Shown piece by piece: positions 38,374 to 51,138 of a DNA stretch of 64,000 bases. A program made the position numbers and the translations under genes. The notes below the pieces were generated by a model. The model saw nothing but the letters and a program-made list of their open reading frames with translations. It did no database searches and had not been told where the DNA came from. Position 1 is the first letter of the stretch. Each line of letters begins with the position of its first letter. The DNA is from Lepidodermella squamata (taxonomy: Eukaryota; Animalia; Gastrotricha), in NCBI GenBank assembly GCA_047495785.1, contig JBLDXI010000012.1, positions 558,001 to 622,000 on the forward strand, written 5' to 3'.

Positions 38374-40445
38374 GGTCCGATGTTCGTTTTTCTCCCTTGC
38401 TATCAAATGCTTCAGCTTAAAAACGAACCCTACAAAAAATGTTAATCCTTTGTCATTAAATGTGGCCCGCGCATCTCGGCGGCAATTAATAATCGGCTGT
38501 AAATAAAACCGCAGTTGTCAGCTGTTACAATCGTTGGTCACCTTTATCTCAGGCAAGTGGAGCGAGCGAGAGAGAGAGCGGGCTGAGAATATTTGTCGGA
38601 CAAAATTGTTCAATGTCGTTTTAACGAAGCGGAAAAACTAGTCCATTGCAGCAGTATTGCAGACAAAGCGCCGCGCAGCTCTGAACAACTGCGAGCTTTG
38701 TCGCGAAAAAAGCGCGGAAAAAAGTCGCGAAAAAGCGAGCGAACCCTGGTCAATTATGTCCATTATAATGCCGCTATTTTCCGCCGCTCATGCGCTAATA
38801 TAATATTATTACTGCTACCTTCGCTACTAATATTAATGATATTACTAAAGCAAAAATTGATGCGCTTATTAATGATGTTATGATCAGCATTGTTATTGCA
38901 GCATGCCGAGGCGTTATTATGCCGGTTATTATTAACTAGACGGTTAAAAACTTATCGCGATTATACATACAATTTATCATTTATATTGGTATATATTATG
39001 ATTTTAATAACTAGCCGGTCTGAACGTTGTCAGTGCGTTTTTGCGGCGAGCATTAACGGCGCTAAAAAATTACCTGCAGTTTATTAAATGTCAATAAAAA
39101 AAGACCATCCATCGCGTTAATAAATGATGGTCAGAAGTTGAATAAGAGGCCGTTTGTCAACTCGTGATGTGAGTGTGGTGGCGGCTTGAGGCGAAAAAAA
39201 ATTGCTTAAAAAGCGAGCGGTTTATAAGTAGAGTATTGAATAACCGCCACTGGCTAATGGCTAAGTGTTTTGCGTCGCGTACACCATAGGCGACACGCTC
39301 GTGTCTAGCAGCACAGCACCTGCCTAGGCACCGTGTCGCCGGCCGTTTTACGTTGAAATGGTCAGTCCTCGAACGAATTACACGGCTCATCAGCTCCGAG
39401 AATTTTACTATGAAAGATTGTATGATTGAACCTACACGAATGTGATAATAGGGTGTTGTATAAATACAATAACTACATTATACTAACCCATGATATATTT
39501 GAGCATATCGACGGGGTAATACATAAGCCGACTCTCTCATGTTCTACAAGATTCTACATAGTATAGCGTTGACCGATGAGGCGATGACAGGCAGACGGAG
39601 ACATTACAGCTTTACGCTAAAAGCCAAGAAACTCGGATGAATATGAATGCTGTATCAACTAACCTGCGTTATTAAACGTTGTTAAAGGTTACTCGTGTTA
39701 TTTTTTCGACGCAAAAAACTACAGGTGCGCGTGGCCGTCATTATCATCCGCGCAAACCTCGGTCCAGCTTGGTGTGTGGGCATCTCGGCCGCTCGCAGCT
39801 CGATGGGGTTGGTCAGACACGGGCCGCAGCGATGGTAAATTAAAAAGCCGGGTGTATTTGATTATCACCTTAAAAAAAACATCTCTATATCAACAAAATT
39901 TACACACAAGACGCAATAGACATGCGCGACCCGCGCTAACCAGCATAAAAATAAACAACATTTATCCCTGAATAATTCATAGGCGCTGATTTATTATTTT
40001 CGTGTTGCTTTCAACTACATCGGCCGGCCTGGTTTCATCTCGTAATTTGCCTCTTCAATCGCGTCTTTTCATGCTCCTTGAACTGTAATCTTTGAATTAG
40101 ATTAATACCCAATTGCTAGAACGCCTGTTTTTGATAGGCGGAATGATATGAAGCTTAAAAACAAAGCATGAATATCGGTCAACTTCGTTTTATTTTCGTC
40201 ATTTCATCTCGCGCGCATACATTTCATACAAAAATGACATAATGTATCAACGGCATAATTGCTTTAAACGCTACGTTAGAACTCTCTCAACACCCGACTA
40301 GCACTTTGCGGTGTTTTTGAAGTCGAAACGGCGAACGGGACAATGCACTTTTAACATATAGAGAGCACATGGATCAAAACAGCTTTTCATCATTTTATTA
40401 AATAAAAAACAAACTGGCCAACATAAACTAGTTTCTATTATTTAC

Positions 40446-43444
40446 TCACTGCCAGGCTTTTTTCAGCTCCTTAAGCTGGACTAGGTACCGGAATACGAAT
40501 GTAGCAGCCAGTAGGCCGACTGTGATCATAATAATGAATGCGTAATCGAAGTCTTCTTTGAGCATGTCGAACATTTTCGAGGGCCAAACGCGGGCAAAGT
40601 ACAAGTCCAAGCCCGAGACGAATAACAGGCTGGTTGATTCGAGGCCGGAAGATGCCGTATACATGTAGGAGATGCGGTCCAAACTCCGGTTGTAGTTGAC
40701 AAACGACTCGGGGTGCATGAGGACCTCAGGAATGTAAGGCGGAATGCCTTCCTCTGCGTGCTCCTGCGTGGCGGTGAGCAAACGCCGTGGGTTGAGCAGC
40801 AACTTCGGCACCTCTAGAATGCGACCCGAGGCCAGACCGAGAAGGACTGATCGCGAAGTAATCCCGCGCCGTGAGGTGGTGATCACCATCGATCGAACCA
40901 CATCATTGAGCACGTACGCCTGTTTCAGCACCATCGGAACATCCGGACCGTAATAGTCGAACGAAGAAAACATGGTGGCGTTGCGTTCTTCTTTGCCTTC
41001 GAATAGCTCGATTACTGCGACTTCAGTTCTGCGCATTTGCGAGTTCCAATAGCTGTAGGTTACGAAATTTTCCGCATTCACAGCAAACACAGGGCCTCGA
41101 GCGTGGCGATGCTGACCTTGGTAGTAGAACCGACCAGAGACAGAGTCGACAAGGTACAGAGAAATCACGTCTGGAAAAATTACCCACAATTAGTTGTCGA
41201 AATATGAAATCATTATTTATTTTTACCTTTATCAGTGTCCTTCCGATCTGTGGAAAGTGTAGAAGTGACGACGAAAACGAGATTCGGATTCAAATATCGA
41301 TATAGCACGGTTCGGTCGGCTAGTACGACAGCTTTCGAATAGACTCGCTCGTCCGGCCTGCGCTCAGCCACAGTCACTATATGCTCGCCAGCCGGTAACT
41401 TCACAGACCAGGTTTTGGCAAGGTTTATGAAATCATTTGTCGAGGTCTGTCCAATCTGAAAACCGGTTATCTCAGGGTTGTTGATAATTTTCTCCGTAAT
41501 CAGGTACAAATACACGTCGCTGGAGGTAGTTTTCACGAAATTTGTCAACGATTGCGGATACACATAGACCGAAGACCGAGTCGGTAGAATGAACAAAATA
41601 GGAATAATCTTCTGCTCAGGATGAGAATGCGTAAATGGCCGAATAACACCCGGCAAAAACGGCAGGGTCAACCGTTCGTCAACTTTGCCAGTCAAACCAT
41701 CAAACGTCACTAAGCAAACTTGGTCGTTAGAAGACGCATCTTGACCTACAACCGCGACTAGTGACGTCATGCCAGTGACGTCTGTGCCACGGAGAGGGAA
41801 AATTGACAGAGGTCTACAATCGCCGAGAAGAAGGTCCCAAACCACTACACCAGTCAGCGAGTGAATAGCGTAGACCTTGCCAGGTGTTGTTAGAACTATA
41901 ATCAACTTTTCTAGGCCGAATTTATCACGATGGAGCTCCACCGAAACGTCACGCCCATCACCAGTGTGTCGGCTGATTTGATGATGCAGAAGGCTGTGCT
42001 TAGTATCCTTATGAAAATGAAGTAAAGCCCCGAAACCTCCGTTAGAAAATGTGTCGATCAAGTCGAAGACAGTTGAGAACAGAATGTCACTTTCAAACCG
42101 AACTCGCCGGGCGAACGACACGAATATATTAGAACTCTGAGACACAACTTCGTCGGCGATATCGGCGAGATACCCTGGAAGAGGGAGGTCGAAGAAAATC
42201 GATGAGACAGCTTGACCGAGGCCTTCGTCGCGAGTCCATTTGACCGCGCCAGCCTGGACAAAAACCAGAGTATCGTACTTGGTTCGGATGAGGCTCCTGA
42301 GAATAGGAGCGTTGCCGCCTGCAGCTGCTCCTCGTTTTTTGAGAACGATCGGGAACAAATTTGCAATTCCTTCATTCATCAGCTCTCGAGACGTGAAAGC
42401 CGAATCGCCCACTTGGCTGGTAGTTTGTTCGTCGAGGAGAGCGAGTCTGTAGCTAAAGCCGCCGTCATTCAGCAGGGCAAAGGCCGCATCTTTCCCGTTA
42501 TAATCCACCGTGGAAGCATCAACGACAGCAGCGCCTGATTCAAATTTGAAGCGACCTTGATTGAGTAAGTTGCAAAGGATCTTTTTGCCGTTTTCATAAG
42601 TGAGCAAAGCGGTATTCGAGACAACTTTCATGTCAGCAATTTTATTGCCAGGTGTCTGAGTCAGCGCGCATGACTCACCATCCACATATCCAGCAGTTGA
42701 CGACGCAGAAAATTCGCGGAAGGTGACTGGGCCAAGCATTTTTCCGCTCTCGAGTAAGCAAACGAATGACTGGCCATTGGAAAGACTTCCACAGCTGACG
42801 ATTTGATCATTTAAATTACCGCTAGATAACTTGACCAATTTTGCGCTGTTTTCAACAGCAGCTTGGTAAACAGTCACAGCTCCAGAGATATCCTGGGAAA
42901 TGATGCAGCCAGTAATTGCGTCGTTACATCCGACAATGAATTGAGCAGCATTTTGGTTGGAAGGGATCGGCATGCACTTGTAATTGTTCCCCCTCAGCAA
43001 ACACATATTGCCATCAGTTGCGAATAATATAGTGTCTTCGGTAGTTCTAGTAAGTTTAATAGACTCGCTGTCGCTGATTGGTAGAACGAGTTGAGTTTTC
43101 AATATGCCCTCGGGATAAAAACACCGAGCAACATTCCCCGAAAGAACAAAAACGCAATCACTGTACAATGTGACCAGCGAAACTCGTTCACCCTGACTTA
43201 ACGAGTGGCGCCATATCACACTGCCGTCTTTCGCAGCAAGAGCTCCAATTACACCGGTTTCGGCTGCGGCGACGAAAATCGCTCTGCTTCCGGTACCATC
43301 AGGCACAGCATCATAAGAGGCAAACGATACTCGACCGACGTAAGACTGCTTCCAATCAAAAATACCAACCTGGTCTTCGTAAAGAGCTAATGAATAACCG
43401 AATAATAGCCCGAAGAATAAGCTCTTTAATGCAGTTAAATTCAT
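40446..43444 (-). CDS. EMC1: ER membrane protein complex subunit 1
   Basis: Signal peptide then ALYEDQVGIFDWKQ; WTRDEGL; RDKFGLEK; VLADRTVLYRYLNPN; SGLESTSL...FDMLKEDFDY plus C-terminal TM ending LKKAWQ. One intron at ~41172-41227. Confidence 0.97.
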
Positions 43445-43725
43445 ATCTAAAAATGAAAAATACACACATCGTCAAATAAATATTTAATTGATTATGTCGT
43501 TAACATAGTGGTAAATAGCACCAATCGGATGCACAACTCGTGGTAGAAATTGGAATAACAAAAACTATTTGGGGTAGTGTAAATTTCAAGGTAATCAAAA
43601 CTGGAGAGCATTGTGATTTTAAAAAGCTATGAGACGCAAAGCAGCAGTGTTGCACAACAAAGACAGCTGAGAGTTCAGCAGGATTATAAGATCAGATTCG
43701 ATGGTAAATATTGCGAAGAAAACGA

Positions 43726-44451
43726 TCAGGCTCGCGATACACCATCATTCAACTCGTTTTTCAAACGATTAATGACATGGCGTATTCCACCAGCAGGATC
43801 TCCCGGGAACATGCCACGAACATTCACCAAAATATTTTTCAACTTGTCATTTGGAACTTTGGCACTAGCGGCAGGTCCGGAGGAAACATACAGCATGTTA
43901 TCTTCGGCTGAATAAAGAATGAGGAAATGCTCGCCGCAATGCGTAGCGCCTCGGAACCATTTTCTTTTGAGCTGTTCAGCAAATGACCGGGAAGCTCGAA
44001 GGCGAGCATCAGCATTTTCCTCGCGGCCGAATTCTTGAATATGCGACTTTCCCATTTTGCGTAAAACAGCGACAGCAATCAAAAAGTTTTTGTCGCCATT
44101 GTCCGGAGGGCAGACTCGTCGAAAAGCAGGAGCGCCAGGATGAGCTAAGTCTTGAACTGATGAGCACGGGCACTCGAAGTCGACCTGCTGGCTAAGTACT
44201 TCTCGCAGCTCTTTCTCCAGTGAAAGCGCCTCTTCAATAGTCAGCAGCTGATCTGGATCGCAAACCAAAGCCGAGAAACCTTTTTCTGAGCTCAGCTGAC
44301 GACCAGCAACACGAGAGCATCGAGCAACATCGTGCTTTAGATGGGGGTATGAGTCGGGCAGCCAAGTTTTAGGCTCATCTGCTTTTCTGGCGTTCTCCGC
44401 GCAGCCTCCACAGACAGCCAGCGATAAAACAATGCACACTTTAAGATGCAT
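43726..44451 (-). CDS. MOLO-1-like TPM-domain protein, apparently secreted
   Basis: Signal peptide; W.PDSYP...C.R...VCDPDQLL; IAVAVLRKM; FAEQL...W...C...LILYS.ED..LY.S.G pattern recalled for the MOLO1/TPM family. No C-terminal TM. Confidence 0.7.
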   Translation of the reverse strand: MHLKVCIVLSLAVCGGCAENARKADEPKTWLPDSYPHLKHDVARCSRVAGRQLSSEKGFSALVCDPDQLLTIEEALSLEKELREVLSQQVDFECPCSSVQDLAHPGAPAFRRVCPPDNGDKNFLIAVAVLRKMGKSHIQEFGREENADARLRASRSFAEQLKRKWFRGATHCGEHFLILYSAEDNMLYVSSGPAASAKVPNDKLKNILVNVRGMFPGDPAGGIRHVINRLKNELNDGVSRA

Positions 44452-44966
44452 ATTTCTAGCAAAAAAGTTGACAATGGAAATCGGTCAGGAGAGCGATTGA
44501 AAGTAGGTTGAGAGTTGATAGGGAAAGTTATGCAGCCTTGTTGATCATGAGCATAAAGCAGAAAGGGCGCGGAGCTTCCAAAGAGCGAAGAGCTAGGAGC
44601 AAGAGGTACCAAGCAAGGGATGATGAAGAAATGGAATAAGGAATAAGATCGAATAAAGCTCACGCTCAATGTGGCCTTTGCCCTTTGTCAGAATTTTTGG
44701 CCTAAAATATCTGCAAACGCGACTGGCATTCGAAATTTAGCAACCTGTTTCGAGAGCTAAAAGCAAGGATCAAGAAGCAAGGGAGTATGAGATCATCATT
44801 CAGATTTCCGCGTCGGGAGTTTAGCTCATCCGTGAGTTATGCAGCTCAGCTTCTTTTGGAACTTTTGATCAATCAATTTTATGCTCCATTTTCCCAATGA
44901 TGCTTATAAAATAAAAATACATAAGAAAATATTTTCTACGTAATGGATTTTAATTTCAAAAAATAT

Positions 44967-44980
44967 GTTTCCATAGCAAC
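44967..44980 (+). promoter_or_regulatory. RFX X-box
   Basis: GTTTCCATAGCAAC matches the GTTNCCATRGNAAC consensus, ~690 bp upstream of the ciliary gene CFAP119. Confidence 0.7.
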
Positions 44981-45655
44981 AGAAGATTGCATTGTTAACC
45001 ATTAACCGATGATTTCATTAACCATTAACCATGAGTCGCGATTCTCATCCAAGTCAAAATCTTGGGTTCTGTGTCGTCTGAGGGTTGACAAACCTTGACA
45101 CTGTTGCTTACATCTGCCCAATGATTGAATTTGCTTCCTAAGAAATCTCGATGTGCGCATGCAGGCAGGCTCTTTGCTGGCACGTACAACTCTTTTACTA
45201 ACTCGCATTTCTAGTTGATTGCACTTAGCAGTTAGAACTTCTAATCAAGTTATTGCCAGGGTGCTGAGCTTCTTCATCATTTTATTTGTAAATTGTTATT
45301 TACAGGATTAGAAGGGCACGCCACTTACACTAAACCGATTAGCTGTCATATAGCGTACTATTTTTTGATAAAGCTTGAGATAAGATATTGCGATCTGACT
45401 TTGGTGTTTGGCCATGAGCACAGATACAGAGCAAGCAAATAGCTCCTATATTTATCGATCTTTAGATCGACCAATATATAACTGTTATACATAATTATTT
45501 AGTATCTATGTGATAGATGCATACATATGTCTATCGTGTATATGGAACAAAATGCAACTAAACTAGGTAGATTTCACGAGAATCGTTGAAATCATAGACA
45601 CATGAGCCTTTCATACAAATTACCTACTTTGATTTTAGAGAAAATTATTACAAAA

Positions 45656-46597
45656 ATGCTGGAGAAGTTGAAGGCTCGTGAATTCACACCTGTGGCAAAC
45701 GAAGTATTACCGCTGCCGACGTATCACAAAGCTGAGTTGGCGCTATGGGTTGACCTTGCTGTTGATGATTGCGACAGATTAGAGGAATTGTCGTCATCCG
45801 ATGAAGTAAAACAGTTTCTAGCTACTCGCTTTCAGCTGGAAAATTTTGAGAGTGATATACGAGTTGCTATTCTGTTGGATCTTTATCTATACACTGTTCA
45901 ATACGCGAAGTCGAATGGCTTTGACAAGCCTCAGCTTTCAGCTCTATTTACCATCATCAAAAACACCCATGAGATCGCCACCGAGACTTCGTTCGGGAAT
46001 CTACAACAAACATTTGCATATTTCAGAGATGCGTTGCTGAGACATTCAGTGAACAGGCCACCGTTTTCTGTCGGAGTTTTTACCCCTGAGCAGGCTCGCC
46101 TGATCACAGAATACGTAATCACAAGCTACTTTAGGCACTTCAAGTTATACAAGTAACGTTGTGATGATCTAGCATTGATGATTTTTATTTTGGCTAAATA
46201 TCATTGCAGGTATGCATTCACTCCGCTTGTCAAGCTCGACATTCGCTTCGATTATCCCGCTATTCCAGAAACCGCCGAAGAGCAGGCGGCTCGGGAAGTG
46301 TCGTTTGCCGCGGATCCCAGTCGAATCGGGTCTGCTCTCAAAGCTGAGGAGCCACCGAAGTCAGGCTCGAAGCAGAAGTCGACTCTCTCCGAGCCTCAGC
46401 CAGAGAAAGAAAAGGAGGAAGAAGGCGTCTCGGCTTTAAAGCAAATCGTTAGGGAGGAGATTGTTACCGAAGTCGAGAAAATCAAGTCATCTTTGCAACA
46501 AGCCCTGAAGGAGACTGAAGAGCGACTATCCGAACGTCTTGCAAAAGCTGGCGTCGGAAGTGAGAAAGGAGGAAAATCTCCGCAAAAGAGAAAATAA
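45656..46597 (+). CDS. CFAP119: Cilia- and flagella-associated protein 119 (CCDC189, CLAMP domain)
   Basis: ILLDLY.Y...F...Q.SALF.I...H; F...LL.HSV.RPPFS..VF...YF.HFKLYK|YAFTP; one intron at ~46153-46209. Confidence 0.88.
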
Positions 46598-46730
46598 AAT
46601 AAAATAATGTGACGTTGAAATGGTATTTCTGTTAATTAGAAGCATACCCATTGTTTACAAAATGAATAGAAATCAATATATTCTATCACTGTTTTTGTGA
46701 AATGATTTCGTAGGTAATGACTTTGAATTA

Positions 46731-47299
46731 ATGTCTTCAAAGAAAACCGAGGGCTTCTTTTTTCGGCTATTCATGGGTGGCCGACGCCGTGATGACAAAG
46801 CGAGTAAGCTTATCGCTGCTATCTACATTATTGATGCACAAGATTTGATTGTTCTAGAAACTGACGAGAAAAAGAAATCAGCGAAACCTGTAACTTCAGC
46901 CATTTCTCACGACTCTGTCGATGTTGATGGAGGCAAAATGAAGTCAGGTCTGTAATAGTATGCTTTCAATGTATTCTAATAAGTTTGATCCACATGCAGC
47001 GAGATCTCATATGCAGCTGCCAGCTCTAATGCAATCTAGCTTGGGCAAAAGCAGCAAATATTTCCCATCAACAATCTCAATTCCTGTCAGAGAAATAGAC
47101 TCGACAAAACAGCAGCAACGTCGAGAGGTACATACTGCTGAAATTTGCTGACCTTGAATACCTAACTGATAATCTGATCTTCCAGATTTATGCGCTGAAC
47201 CGGATAATGACCGAATTCGAGAATGAAAACTTTTTGAGATTTTGCGAAGAGAATGGAATCGAGCTACCCATGCAAGGACACAAGTTTTCTGAAAAATGA
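46731..47299 (+). CDS. SVBP: Small vasohibin-binding protein homologue with N-terminal extension (134 aa)
   Basis: Exons 46731-46803, 46858-46947, 47000-47127, 47186-47299 join in frame. C-terminus KQQQRREIYALNRIMTEFENENFLRFC matches SVBP [27 protein letters not shown]. Confidence 0.85.
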
Positions 47300-47721
47300 T
47301 AATTGCTCAATAAATCAAAATGAAATTGAAAACAGCGTTACTTAATTTACGTTTTATTTGCTTACAAAACGACTACGTTTTGAACGACATTTTAATGAGG
47401 ATGAACCGTGCTTTAGAGAAATTATAGTCCACAAAAATAGTCTGAAGGACGTTCATAAAAAAGGGATTTCATATGCGACTCGATAACGATAGTGACAACG
47501 CTTGGTAATACTAAGTGGCAGCGCGATCTTTGGATTACAAGATAATTTCACAGACCAAAGCTTTTAAACTAGCATTTAAGTTAGCTCTACAGAAAGAGAT
47601 GTCTAAACAAATCACTGGAAACAGGAACGATGATCCTGCGTTGTGCAAAAGTCAATTTCTTTCTAAAATTAACAACATTCGGCAAGTCTTTTGAACGTCC
47701 ATAAATACGGCTTTTTAGCCT

Positions 47722-50059
47722 TTACTCGAGCTCGACAATGACAGCTCCTTCGGGCATAGTCTCGCCAACTTTTCCATTGATTTTCTTGACTTTGCCCTGC
47801 TTGGGAGCCACCAAACTGTTTTGCATTTTCATGGCTTCCAAAACACAGATTTCTTGGTTTTCAGCGACCGTCTGGCCAACTTGAACAGAGATAACCTTGA
47901 TGACGCCGGGCATTGGGGCGATAATAGCACCAGCCGAGTACTTCGGTTTGGGATCACGCACAAACTTTCTCAGCTCTCCAGCTCGGCCAGAGATGACGTC
48001 GAGATTGAACTAGAAAGCGAAAAAGTAATTGGAGCATTCCTAAGAGAACCGAAGTAACATACGATAGTGCCCAGATACTGCATCTGGATATCACCGTGGA
48101 AGCCGTAATTAACAAGCTGCAGCACTTGCGGAGCGTTATTAACGGTGATGTTAGTGGTACGTTGTCCGATCAGGTGCGGAAGGTTGATGCTCACTTTGGC
48201 GCCATCATCGAAAGAAACATGCACTTCGTCGTTAGCTCCAGCATCTATCTTGACATTGAACGGTTTCTTGTCTTTGTAGACAGTGAAATCATGCGTTTGA
48301 GCGAAATCAAGCGTTGATACGCGACGGCTGTTTTCGATCGAATTGGCAGCTTGCTGCTTTCTCAGGTGAACAGCTGCAGCGAGAGCGATCGTCTCTTTGA
48401 GGTCGCTCGGGGTCAAGGTTTTTCCCTTGAATCCATCAGGGTAAATTTCGGGAAGGTATTTCGTGCTGATATTTCCCGAGACGAATCGCTTTTCAGTCAA
48501 AATATCGCGCAGTAGGGAGATGTTGTGAGTAACGCCGCGGATAACATATCGGTCAAGTGCTTCAACCATGCGATTCAGGCAAAATTGTCGATCCGGGCCA
48601 TAAGTTGACAGCTTAAGAAACAAAATTCCATTAACTAAAACAAGGAACTACCAAATGAGATTACCTTGCAGATGAGCGGATCGTAAAAGATGCTGATTTC
48701 ACTACCCTCGCGGATGCCGCTGTCACAACGAACTCCTGACAGCGTATCGGCAGGCTCTTCATAAGCGTGCAGGCGACCAATTGAAGGGAGACCGAAGTTC
48801 TTGGTTGGATCTTCGGCGTATACACGACATTCGACAGACCACCCCTTGATAGGAATGTCCTCTTGTTTGTGTAAAATTTTGTGACCTTTACCAACGCGGA
48901 GCATTTGGTGAACAATATCAACTCCAGTAATGCACTCGGTGATAGGATGTTCCACTTGAAGACGAGTGTTCATCTCCAAAAAGTAGAAATTACGCTTTGA
49001 GTCGACGAGAAATTCGACAGTTCCAGCGGAATGATATTTTACAGCCTTAGCAAGCATGACAGCTTGACGACCCATTTCTTTCCTAGTTTTTTCGTCCAAA
49101 AAGGTACTTGGAGCTTCCTCGATGACCTTTTGGTTGCGGCGCTGAATAGAACACTCACGCTCGTTCAAATATACAACATTTCCGTGAGTATCACCGAGAA
49201 TTTGGATTTCGATGTGGCGAGGATTGTCGATGTATCGCTCGACCAACATACGATCATCTCCAAAGCTTGACTTGGCTTCTGATTTCGACATTCTATACCC
49301 TTCACGAAGCTCTTTTGCATTCCATGCAATACGCATTCCTTTACCGCCGCCACCAGCTGAGGCTTTGATCATTACAGGATAACCGATACTTTCCTCCACG
49401 ATTTTTACGGCATGGTCAGCGTCAGTGATTTCACCCTTGTAACCAGGAATAGTGCTGACATTTGCAGCATGAGCAAACTTTTTGCTCTCAATTTTATCAC
49501 CCATCGCTTTCATTGCGTAAGAATTCGGCCCAAGGAAGACAACCCCTGCATCTTCCAGACATTTAGCAAAGAGAGTGTTTTCCGACAGAAATCCGTATCC
49601 TGGATGAACAGCCTCAGCACCGGTTTTCCTGACCGCTTCCAAAATGGCATCCATGCGCAGGTAGCTCTGAGAAGTGGGCGCCGGGCCAATACAAACAGCT
49701 TCGTCGGCCAATTTCACGAACTTAGCATCGTGATCAACATCACTGTGAACAGCCACAGTTTTAATTCCCAAGCGCTTGCATGTTTGGAAAACACGGCAGG
49801 CTATTTCTCCTCGGTTTGCGACTAGGATTTTGTTGAAACGCTAAAAAAACAGCAAATTATTGCATTTCAATTTCCGTGGATCAAAAGCTTACAGCCTCGC
49901 CCTGAGTAAACTTGTCATTCCAGTAAAGTTCTTTTAATTGCTGTTGATTCAAAAATCGGCGAGTGATGGTCTGCAACAATAACAAATTATTCAGGATTCC
50001 ATTTAAGTAGAGATACTCACATTGATTTGAGGCGCAAGCGCACGATTGAATCGAAACAT
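47722..50059 (-). CDS. PCCA: Propionyl-CoA carboxylase alpha chain, mitochondrial
   Basis: [69 protein letters not shown], biotinyl motif EAMKMQN; short presequence exons at 50059-49890. Confidence 0.95.
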
Positions 50060-50261
50060 TATTAATAAATAAAGTAGCTATTTCAAAATCAACAATTGCC
50101 TATTTGTAATGTACATATACGGTTTTTCTAAGCCTTCATTTCTGTAACCGCGAAGTGATCTTGTTATGTCAATGTCCAATGCTAGACTAATAGCTCATAA
50201 AACTTATGAATCAAGCGTTTCTCGCTTCCCGCTTCCATAGAGAATTTCTATGAAGGAAAAT

Positions 50262-50435
50262 ATTGGGGGTTATTTTCGAAGCCGTCTCTATCCCATAAGT
50301 TAACTTTATCCCATAATGTCGATTTTATCGCCCGAAAATAAAGTCGACTCTATGACCAGGATGATTTTCAAACATAAAATCTTTATCCATAGAGTCGACT
50401 TTATAATAAAGACGGCTTCGAAAATAACCCCCAAT
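50262..50435. mobile_element. Short MITE (~174 bp)
   Basis: Perfect 26-bp TIRs attgggggttattttcgaagccgtct / agacggcttcgaaaataacccccaat; internal agtcgact and tatcccata sub-repeats. Confidence 0.85.
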
Positions 50436-51094
50436 GCTTTAGTACTGCTTTAGTACTAACCTCTCTGACTGAGGTGCGTTGTGTTGGTAAGTTATGGACC
50501 TTGCATAAGAGGGCTCACTACTCACTACAAAATTCCATCATCTCATTAAGTCTAAAACAGAAAAAGCAAATGAACCTCTTACCTCTTGCTACTTGCTACA
50601 ACGTCGCAAGATTATAACTCTGCTATTTTTGACAGTGGAATATAAAATTGTTGGTATGAGCTATAAAAATGCTGGCTCTTGACACATAATTTTGAGACTC
50701 AGTGTATTCTTAAATTCTAGAATCTGAATGGGGAAGCGTGTCCTATTGTTTGTAGAGCACTGAAACTAGCAAATCAAAGGCAACCGCATAGCGCCTAGTT
50801 TCGGACAGTCCCGTGTTAGAATCATGCAGCCGGTAAACATGCCCCTAATACTGCGCACGCGCCCAGGGGTTTTATTTAGCGTCAAGTTTATTCCTTATTC
50901 AAGGTCATTTAAAAAAGTGCTTTCAATCCGTGGTAACTATTAAATATCAATTCTTTGCTAGAAATTACAAAATTCAAAATGAAAAATTCAAAATTTGAAT
51001 ATTCCCGCCTTCCTTCGATCCGAGCGAAAAGCAACCTGTTTTAGCGGCGTCCTTCATTGAAACTACTCTTTGTCAAACGTTATGGTAAACTACC

Positions 51095-51138
51095 CCCGCG
51101 GACATGATATTTTGAAGGCGCGATATCATGTCCGCGGG
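51095..51138. repeat. Perfect 16-bp inverted repeat (hairpin)
   Basis: cccgcggacatgatat - 12-nt loop - atatcatgtccgcggg. Confidence 0.9.
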
